Virus record (IMG/VR): IMGVR_UViG_3300045988_162231
Location: 1-15,233 of that record
Length of the DNA: 15,233 nucleotides
Source: a virus
Strand: one strand, 5' to 3'
Shown here: piece by piece, positions 1 to 6,713 of the stretch
How the letters are laid out: each line of letters opens with the position of its first letter
How positions within the stretch are numbered: the first letter of the stretch is position 1
Notes under the pieces: model-generated
The model's database searches: none
The model's input: the letters and a program-made list of their open reading frames with translations, nothing else
What the model was told of the DNA's origin: nothing
Made by a program: the position numbers and the translations under genes

Positions 1-327
1 AAGAGTTCATTATATAAACTTTTTATGTTCCCCAATTATGTAAACCGAACAAACATACGCAAACCTGCAACCTTAGAGCCGTAACGGTTACAAGGCTTAC
101 AATAACTGGAAATAACTCAAGTTAACATAATATTATTATTATTTTACAAAAAGCCTAAAAGCCTAGAGCCCCAAGGGATAGAGCGAGTTAACAAAATACA
201 AATAAGAAGTTTACATAAAACTATATTATGTAAACTAAAGTATATTATGTAAAGCCAATGTATTACATTTGTAATATTTATTTTTACTCTTTTTATTGAC
301 TTTTATCATTTTTTGTTATAATATAGG
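1..327 (+). repeat. Left inverted terminal repeat, 327 bp; presumed terminal-protein-linked replication origin
   Basis: Bases 1-327 (aagagttcattatataaac...gttataatatagg) equal the reverse complement of 14907-15233 with no mismatch seen by eye; identity stops at 328 (t versus a). Confidence 0.97.
296..322 (+). promoter_or_regulatory. Sigma-A-like promoter in left ITR, reading inward (rightward arm)
   Basis: TTGACT at 296-301 and TATAAT at 317-322 (15-nt spacer), or overlapping TAATAT at 319-324 (17-nt spacer); located upstream of the first rightward CDS. Confidence 0.7.
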
Positions 328-332
328 TATAG

Positions 333-353
333 TCGATAGGGTAACCTAATCGA
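333..353. promoter_or_regulatory. Imperfect inverted repeat just downstream of the left promoter; possible operator or leader structure
   Basis: TCGATAGG (333-340) and CCTAATCGA (345-353) form arms with a one-base bulge. It begins a few bases after the predicted start and lies outside the ITR. Confidence 0.3.
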
Positions 354-398
354 AAATATATAGGGTTGTGACCGAACACAAGAAGGGAAGTAATACAA

Positions 399-812
399 AT
401 GGCTAATAAGTATGAGGTAAAAGTTAACGAAAAAAAAGGAAGTTGCGATAATGCACTTTTTGAAAAAATGGCAATGAAAGGTGATATTACTGCAACAAAA
501 CTATCTGAAGTATTAGGACAAGTAGTACATATTGTAGGATATGCAAGTTGTACTATTACAACAGAAGATAAGACTTTTGATATTAATTATTTTGATACAG
601 AAGAATTTGGACTAATAAGTTCTGGTAGCGAAATATTTTATGAAAGTGTAAAGGACTATTTTGAAAAAGTAGAAGAAGTAAGACTTACAGAAGTAAAAAC
701 TAAAAAAGGTAAGACATATAAAGCCGTTCCAATTTTAGATAAGAAAACAACAAACAAAGAAGAAACTACAAAGAAGGAAGAAGAAACAACAAACGACGAA
801 TTATCTTTTTAA
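399..812 (+). CDS. Probable single-stranded DNA-binding protein (first gene of the rightward arm)
   Basis: 137 aa ORF preceded by agaagggaag; position directly before TP/DNAP; acidic, disordered C-tail ending NDELSF, like SSB tails (DDxPF type). Function inferred from tail and synteny. Confidence 0.45.
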   Translation: MANKYEVKVNEKKGSCDNALFEKMAMKGDITATKLSEVLGQVVHIVGYASCTITTEDKTFDINYFDTEEFGLISSGSEIFYESVKDYFEKVEEVRLTEVKTKKGKTYKAVPILDKKTTNKEETTKKEEETTNDELSF

Positions 813-833
813 TTTGTAGGGAGTTGACAGTAA

Positions 834-1403
834 ATGGCTAATAAAAAAATTCCAATGACACATGCAAAGGTGTCATTGTTTAATGAAATGAAGAAGTTAG
901 CAAAAAGAGCTAATCAACGTATGTTAAGACTAGAACGACTTACTGGAATGACTGGCTCATTTGCTACTAAACAATTATATGACTATTTAGATAATGGAGT
1001 ATTACAAGCTATTACACCAAAGGGTAGAGTAGCTGTTAAAAAATCTTATTCTATAGATGAAATGAATTCAATTATAAAAGCCTTAAAAGATTTTATGAAT
1101 GATGTATCTACTACCCCTCAAGTAAGAAAATTAGTAAAAGAATATTCGGAACGTATAGGAAAGCCTATTGATATTGAAAGAGCTAATACAATATATCAAA
1201 TTGATACTAATTATAAATGGATATATGAATATTACGAGAGTGATTTTTGGGATATTGCAAGAGAAAGTGTTGTTGAAAATTGGTCGCTTGACGACTGGTT
1301 GGATAAAATACCAGCTAATGCAAGTAAAGAAATGGTAGTTGATGAAGAAATGAGATTAAAGCTTGAAAATTTATATACTTATACGAGGGATACAAAAATT
1401 TGA
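834..1403 (+). CDS. Putative terminal protein (primer for protein-primed replication)
   Basis: 189 aa ORF with a basic N-terminal region (KLAKRANQRMLRLERLTG), immediately upstream of and overlapping the protein-primed polymerase gene, as in the phi29 gene 3/gene 2 arrangement; upstream gggag. Confidence 0.55.
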   Translation: MANKKIPMTHAKVSLFNEMKKLAKRANQRMLRLERLTGMTGSFATKQLYDYLDNGVLQAITPKGRVAVKKSYSIDEMNSIIKALKDFMNDVSTTPQVRKLVKEYSERIGKPIDIERANTIYQIDTNYKWIYEYYESDFWDIARESVVENWSLDDWLDKIPANASKEMVVDEEMRLKLENLYTYTRDTKI

Positions 1404-3514
1404 TACATTGGTTAGAATATGAAGGACACATACCAAAAATCAAAGGAAAACGTAATAGGTTTGATAATACAATATATACATTTGATATAGAAACTACTTC
1501 TTATATTATACTAAATGGTAAACAAATGAATACTAAAAAATATTTGAAGTTATCTGATAAAGAAAAAGAACAATGCAAATTTTATGCTTGTATGTATATT
1601 TGGCAATTCGGAATAGACGATAAAGTTTATTATGGAAGAACTTGGGAAGAATTATATCATTTTTTAGAACGTATTGAATGGTTTGCTACAGATGTTAAAA
1701 AATATGTATTTGTACATAATTTAGGTTTTGAATTTCAGTTTTTAAGAAATTATTTTACTTTTTCTGATGTATTTGCAAGAAAAAGTCATAAAGTAATTAA
1801 AGCTACTATGAATGAATTTAATTTTGAATTTAGGTGTAGTTTATTTATGACGAATTTGCAACTTAAAAAACTACCAGATGTTTATAATTTACCAGTAGAA
1901 AAATTAGTAGGTGATTTAGATTACAATAAAATTAGACATTATGAAACAAAATTATCTGATGAAGAATTACATTATTGTGAGAATGACTGTCTGGTTGTAT
2001 ACGAATATATTAAAAAAGAGCTTGAGCAATACGAAACAGTAAAAAATATTCCTTTAACATCAACTGGACACGTAAGACGAGAACTTAAAGATACAGTTCG
2101 AACAAACTATCCATATAGAAATAAAGTTAGAAAAAGTATAAATACTGATGGACATATTTATAATTTACTTATTAAGGCATTTGCTGGGGGTTATACGCAC
2201 GCAAATTGGTTATATACAAATGAGATAGTAAAAGACATTACAAGTTTTGATTTTACGAGTTCTTATCCTTACGTAATGGTAACACATAAGTTCCCAAGTC
2301 GAACTTTTAGAAAATGCAATATAAAAAATAGAAGTCAAATGTTAAAATCTATGGCATATTTATTAGTAGTACGTTTTACAGATATAAGTTGTAAGTATTT
2401 CAATAATTTTATTAGTCAAAATAAATGTACAAAAATTAGGGGCGCTAAATTTGATAATGGTAGAATTATTGGAGCAAAAGAAATAGAAATCGTACTAACT
2501 GATGTTGATTTTTATTTTATTTTAGCTACTTATAGTTGTGAATACGAAATTCTAGAAAGTTATTATTCTAAATATGATTATTTGCCAAAAGATTATATTA
2601 ATTTTATTTTAGATAAATATGTTACTAAAACAAAGTATAAAGGAATTGAAGAAAAAAAGCTAGAATATAATTTAGAAAAAGCAAAATTTAATAGCTTATA
2701 TGGTATGACAGTTACTAATAATATTAAAGATATAGTAGTTTTTGATAATGAGGTTGGCTGGTCAGAATTAAAAATGACAAATGATGAAATAATATCAAAA
2801 TTAGAAAAAGAAAAAAAGGACGGCTTTTTGTCTTTTAGTTATGGTGTTTGGGTTACTGCTTGGGCTAGATATAATCTATTAACTAACGTAATAAAACAAG
2901 ATAAGTTCTGTGTTTATTGTGATACTGATAGTATGAAACTAAAAAAAGGTTTTGACATAAGCTATATAGACGAATATAACAAAAAAGTAATAGAAAAAAT
3001 AAAAGTAGCAAGTAAAGAATTAGAAATAGACATAGACAAATTTAAACCAAAAGATAGTAAAGGAAAAGAACATATTATAGGCTTATTTGATTTTGACGGA
3101 CACTATGAAGAATTTATAACACAAGGGGCTAAAAAATACGCATATACAAAATATATAGATAAATCTAAAATTAATGATAGTATGAACGTATTAAAAGTAA
3201 AAGATGATACGGCATTAATACTTGAAATAACGGTCGCTGGAGTTCCAAAACAAGGGGCTAAAGCACTTAAAAGTTTAAAAGATTTTAAAGACGATTTTGT
3301 ATTTGATTTTAAGTATACAAATAAAAATTTACTTATATATAATGATGAAATGAAACCGTTTGAGCTAACTGATTATAAAGGAAAAACAAGAACAGTTACA
3401 GATAAATATAGTTGTGTTTTAATTCCTACGACTTATGTGTTAGGAAAATCTGAGGAATACGCAAATTTACTTTCAGATGAAAGTTCAGCAAGAGCAATAT
3501 ATAATGAGGAGTGA
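1400..3514 (+). CDS. Protein-primed family B DNA polymerase (phi29-type)
   Basis: Exo I YTFDIETTS, Exo II FVHNLGFEFQFL, Exo III HYCENDCLVVYEYI, motif A SFDFTSSYPYVM, motif B KFNSLYGMTV, motif C YCDTDSM, KxY-like AKKYAYT. Probable TTG start overlapping the upstream stop (TTGA). Confidence 0.95.
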   Translation: MIHWLEYEGHIPKIKGKRNRFDNTIYTFDIETTSYIILNGKQMNTKKYLKLSDKEKEQCKFYACMYIWQFGIDDKVYYGRTWEELYHFLERIEWFATDVKKYVFVHNLGFEFQFLRNYFTFSDVFARKSHKVIKATMNEFNFEFRCSLFMTNLQLKKLPDVYNLPVEKLVGDLDYNKIRHYETKLSDEELHYCENDCLVVYEYIKKELEQYETVKNIPLTSTGHVRRELKDTVRTNYPYRNKVRKSINTDGHIYNLLIKAFAGGYTHANWLYTNEIVKDITSFDFTSSYPYVMVTHKFPSRTFRKCNIKNRSQMLKSMAYLLVVRFTDISCKYFNNFISQNKCTKIRGAKFDNGRIIGAKEIEIVLTDVDFYFILATYSCEYEILESYYSKYDYLPKDYINFILDKYVTKTKYKGIEEKKLEYNLEKAKFNSLYGMTVTNNIKDIVVFDNEVGWSELKMTNDEIISKLEKEKKDGFLSFSYGVWVTAWARYNLLTNVIKQDKFCVYCDTDSMKLKKGFDISYIDEYNKKVIEKIKVASKELEIDIDKFKPKDSKGKEHIIGLFDFDGHYEEFITQGAKKYAYTKYIDKSKINDSMNVLKVKDDTALILEITVAGVPKQGAKALKSLKDFKDDFVFDFKYTNKNLLIYNDEMKPFELTDYKGKTRTVTDKYSCVLIPTTYVLGKSEEYANLLSDESSARAIYNEE

Positions 3515-3520
3515 TGAGAT

Positions 3521-3715
3521 ATGAGTAAGCAAAAAGATTTACAATTTATACAAGGTTTTAGTAAAATATCTATAACTAGTATATGCGAAAAAAATAATAT
3601 ATGTAAACAAAATATTTTTTCTGGAACTGCGTCCGAAAAAAATTTAGCAAAAGTAAAAGAAGAAGTACAAAAAGAATTTGCTAAATTGTATTTACAAGGT
3701 GATGACAATGAGTAG
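3521..3715 (+). CDS. Small HTH-like protein, possible regulator
   Basis: 64 aa ORF with RBS gaggagtgatgag; the segment ITSICEKNNICKQNIFSGTASEKNLAKVKEEV resembles a helix-turn-helix. Confidence 0.6.
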   Translation: MSKQKDLQFIQGFSKISITSICEKNNICKQNIFSGTASEKNLAKVKEEVQKEFAKLYLQGDDNE

Positions 3716-4787
3716 AACACAAATACATTATAATTTGGATAAAATTGATAATTTAAATGCCAATTATAATTTGATATATGGTGAAAAATCTAACGGAAAA
3801 AGTTATCAAGTTAAGCACAAAAAAGGTATTGAAAAATACTTAAAAACGGGTAGAAGGTTCATCTTAATGAGACGTTGGGAAAGTGACTTAACTTCGGCTT
3901 GGATAGAAAGTTATTTTTCGGACGTAGATATACAAAAGCTAACTAACAATAAATATAATTGTGTAACTAAATTTAGAAATGAATTATATCTAACTACAAT
4001 GACAGAAGATTACAAGAAAAAAAGAGGAGAAAAAATAGGATATGCAATACCTATTTCACTTGAACAACGTTATTCTGGAGCAAGTTTTTTAGATGTAGAC
4101 GATATAATTGTCGAAGAGTTTATGAGTAGAGGTATTTATATTGTAAATGAGCCAAGCAAATTAATGACATTTTATAGTACAGTTGACAGAAAAAGAGGAA
4201 CTACTAAACTTTGGCTTGTAGGTAATACTGTAAGTAGAGTATGTCCGTATCTTAAAGAATGGGGTTTATATGATATAATGAAAAATCAAAAACAAGGTGA
4301 TATAAACACTACTATTATACATAATGAAGAAAATGACGTAAAAATTGCTGTAGAATATTGTAGGTCATCTGGTGGTAAAACAATGGCTATAGGACAAGCA
4401 AAAAATATGATAGACAAAGGCGAATGGCAAACAGACATACAACCAAAACTTCCAAAAAGTTATAAGGCTTATGATATATTATTTAGGTTTGGTTTTCAGT
4501 ATCAAAGTTTTAAATTTATATGTGAGTATTTAGTAGACAAGCAAGAAAAGAAATATCCTTGTTGGTTTATATATCCATACAATAAAAATTTTGAGGATAA
4601 CTTTATTGTTTTTTCTGATGAAATAAAATTAAGTCCTTATTGGCAACGTGATATATATAATATAACAATAAAAAACGAAAAACTTAAACATTTATTTCAA
4701 AGTTTTAGGGAAGATAAAATTTTTTTCAGTTCTGATATGTGTGGTACGGACTTTAAACAAGTAATTGATTTTAATATTAAGAGGTGA
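3708..4787 (+). CDS. Genome packaging ATPase (phi29 gp16-like)
   Basis: Walker A YGEKSNGKSYQVK; Walker B-like ASFLDVDDIIVEEF. The track start at 3678 is TTG without support; ATG 3708 follows AAGGTGATG and overlaps the stop of the preceding gene. Confidence 0.85.
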   Translation: MSRTQIHYNLDKIDNLNANYNLIYGEKSNGKSYQVKHKKGIEKYLKTGRRFILMRRWESDLTSAWIESYFSDVDIQKLTNNKYNCVTKFRNELYLTTMTEDYKKKRGEKIGYAIPISLEQRYSGASFLDVDDIIVEEFMSRGIYIVNEPSKLMTFYSTVDRKRGTTKLWLVGNTVSRVCPYLKEWGLYDIMKNQKQGDINTTIIHNEENDVKIAVEYCRSSGGKTMAIGQAKNMIDKGEWQTDIQPKLPKSYKAYDILFRFGFQYQSFKFICEYLVDKQEKKYPCWFIYPYNKNFEDNFIVFSDEIKLSPYWQRDIYNITIKNEKLKHLFQSFREDKIFFSSDMCGTDFKQVIDFNIKR

Positions 4788-4793
4788 TAAACT

Positions 4794-4922
4794 ATGCTTG
4801 AATATTTACAAGAATTATTACAAGATATACAAAATATCGATATTAAAGAACAAAAGCAAAAATCTTTTGCATTGGAAACTGCTATTGATATTTTATTAAA
4901 ATTAAGAAATGAGAAAGGGTGA
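4794..4922 (+). CDS. Small hypothetical protein, 42 aa (absent from the ORF track)
   Basis: ATG at 4794 after gaggtgataaact; translates MLEYLQELLQDIQNIDIKEQKQKSFALETAIDILLKLRNEKG and stops at TGA 4920-4922, filling the gap between the packaging ATPase and the tail knob gene. Confidence 0.65.
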   Translation: MLEYLQELLQDIQNIDIKEQKQKSFALETAIDILLKLRNEKG

Positions 4923-4927
4923 TAAAA

Positions 4928-6595
4928 ATGGCAACATTACATAGTGAAATAATTTTATGTAGAAATATTAAACTTGATAAAAATTATATAAATGTATTAA
5001 GCTATTCAACTAATCAAATGCTTGATTTATGTAAACGTAATGCAATAGCAACCGCTAGTGACTATTCTTTTATTAGACAACATAATAATAATATATTTAC
5101 TGGTTTTACATACGAACAATGCTTACAAGCCAATTATATAGCTTTTCAAAATAAAGATTATAGTAACAAATGGTTTTTTGCATTTATTGATGAAGTAAAT
5201 TATTCAGGTGAAAGTAACACAGAAATTCGTTATACTATTGACGCTTGGTCTACATTTTTTGATGATTGGCAAAAACAACCTTGTTATATAACAAGACAAC
5301 ACGTAAACGATGATACAATAGGTGCAAATTTAATAGACGAAAATTTAAACGTTGGGGAAGTTGAGGCAATAAACGTAGTAAAAGACGACAGTTTAGACAA
5401 TACATATGGTTATTATATAATTGTAGGTTCTACTTGGGATATAGGGGATAATAACAACCCATCTAAACAAGTAGTAGGTTCTAGTCTATATAATGGTTTA
5501 ATATCTGCTGAAAAACTTTTTGTTATTTCTGGGGCATTTGGTGATAGTATTGTAGACGCTGTTAAAAATTTACAACTATTTCTTTTTCAATCTGCTGAGG
5601 ACGGACACTTAGCCGACGTAAGAAACGTATATATAGTACCTAATTTTTGTATAAGTCCAGCCGACTTACAATTACACGAAAAAACTACAGGAGAATATAC
5701 TTGTACATATTATACTTTAAATACTGGAGTAGATATACCTAGTGCAAAATTACAAGCAACTTGTACTACAAATTATAGAGGATATAAGCCAAAAAATAAT
5801 AAATGTTTTATTTATCCATATCATTATCTATTTGTTACTAACAATAATGGTAATAATAATATATACAAATATGAAAATTTTTCAAACTTTTTTAGTCCAG
5901 AATTTCAAATAAATTTGATAATGATGCCTGGGTGTTCTGGTAGAGTAATTCCACAAAATTATAAAGGTGTATCGGATAACGTTGACGAGAGCTTACCACT
6001 TGCAAAATATCCAATATGTGAATGGAATTGCGACGCATATATTATTTGGCTATCTGCTAATGCTGTAAATATTCCTACTCAAATTATGGGAGTTACTAAT
6101 AATTTAAGTGGTCAAGTTCAAAATGGTAATTTTTCTATAACTCCAGGAGCAAATGGTGGTATAGGTTCAACTGCTGGTTCTACAGCAAGTAATATTATAA
6201 ATGTTGCTGGAAATATTGCAAATATAATAGGACAATTTTATTCTGCGTCTTTACTTCCTAGTATTCAAGGTGGTAACAATACTGGTGATGTAAATTTTGT
6301 AAGTAATGCAAATAATATATTGATATATGAATATAAAGTAAAAGACCAATATTTAAAAGTTATTGACGAATATTTTACAAGATTTGGTTATAGAATAAAT
6401 GAAGTTACTATGCCAAATATTATAGGTAGACGTAATTGGAATTATATAGAAATACCAAGTTCCGAAAGTATTGGTTATGGAACAGTTCCTTCGCAATATA
6501 TGGAACAAATTAATAATGCTTGTCGTAAAGGTGTAACTATTTGGCATAATCACGATAATTTAGGAAATTTTAATTTGGATAATTCTATAGTATAA
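4928..6595 (+). CDS. Tail knob / distal tail protein (phi29 gp9-like)
   Basis: Family-like N-terminus: NKWFFAFIDEVNYSGESNTEIRYTIDAWSTFFDDWQKQPCYITRQHVNDDTIGANLIDENLNVGEV. True start probably ATG 4928 behind gaaagggtgataaaa rather than GTG 4919. Confidence 0.85.
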   Translation: MATLHSEIILCRNIKLDKNYINVLSYSTNQMLDLCKRNAIATASDYSFIRQHNNNIFTGFTYEQCLQANYIAFQNKDYSNKWFFAFIDEVNYSGESNTEIRYTIDAWSTFFDDWQKQPCYITRQHVNDDTIGANLIDENLNVGEVEAINVVKDDSLDNTYGYYIIVGSTWDIGDNNNPSKQVVGSSLYNGLISAEKLFVISGAFGDSIVDAVKNLQLFLFQSAEDGHLADVRNVYIVPNFCISPADLQLHEKTTGEYTCTYYTLNTGVDIPSAKLQATCTTNYRGYKPKNNKCFIYPYHYLFVTNNNGNNNIYKYENFSNFFSPEFQINLIMMPGCSGRVIPQNYKGVSDNVDESLPLAKYPICEWNCDAYIIWLSANAVNIPTQIMGVTNNLSGQVQNGNFSITPGANGGIGSTAGSTASNIINVAGNIANIIGQFYSASLLPSIQGGNNTGDVNFVSNANNILIYEYKVKDQYLKVIDEYFTRFGYRINEVTMPNIIGRRNWNYIEIPSSESIGYGTVPSQYMEQINNACRKGVTIWHNHDNLGNFNLDNSIV

Positions 6596-6674
6596 AAAAA
6601 TAAACTAGAGGTGATAACCTCTAGTTTTAGTTTCTAAAGAGTAAATATAAAATTGAATAATAGTAGCTTGGAAT
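6594..6674 (-). ncRNA. Candidate ~80-nt small RNA in the convergent gap
   Basis: Predicted start near 6674 downstream of TTGACA-17-TAATAT and end at the terminator hairpin 6602-6627 plus its T tract. No CDS recognised inside. Confidence 0.4.
6602..6627. terminator. Bidirectional intrinsic terminator between the convergent arms
   Basis: Perfect 11-bp stem aaactagaggt / acctctagttt with loop gata. On the minus strand it runs into TTTATTTTTTT; on the plus strand it ends in GTTTTAG. Confidence 0.85.
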
Positions 6675-6680
6675 GATTAA

Positions 6681-6709
6681 ATATTATCATAATTTTTTAT
6701 TTTTGTCAA
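6681..6709 (-). promoter_or_regulatory. Consensus-like promoter directed into the convergent intergenic gap
   Basis: Minus strand TTGACA (6704-6709), 17-nt spacer ending in TGA (extended -10), TAATAT (6681-6686). Confidence 0.55.
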
Positions 6710-6713
6710 ATAA

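Noticed and set aside
824-829. TTGACA on the plus strand upstream of the terminal protein gene
   Set aside because: No acceptable -10 hexamer at 16-18 nt downstream; it lies between SD and start codon.
3521-3715. Excisionase / lysogeny module
   Set aside because: No integrase, repressor operator array or attachment-site evidence; position and linear TP-type genome argue for a lytic phage.
3433-3720. Minus-strand ORF, 95 aa
   Set aside because: Antisense to the polymerase 3' end and the 64-aa gene; low-complexity Ser/Phe composition and no clear start signal; a shadow of coding DNA.
6353-6553. Minus-strand ORF, 66 aa
   Set aside because: Fully inside the tail knob gene on the opposite strand; no recognisable family.
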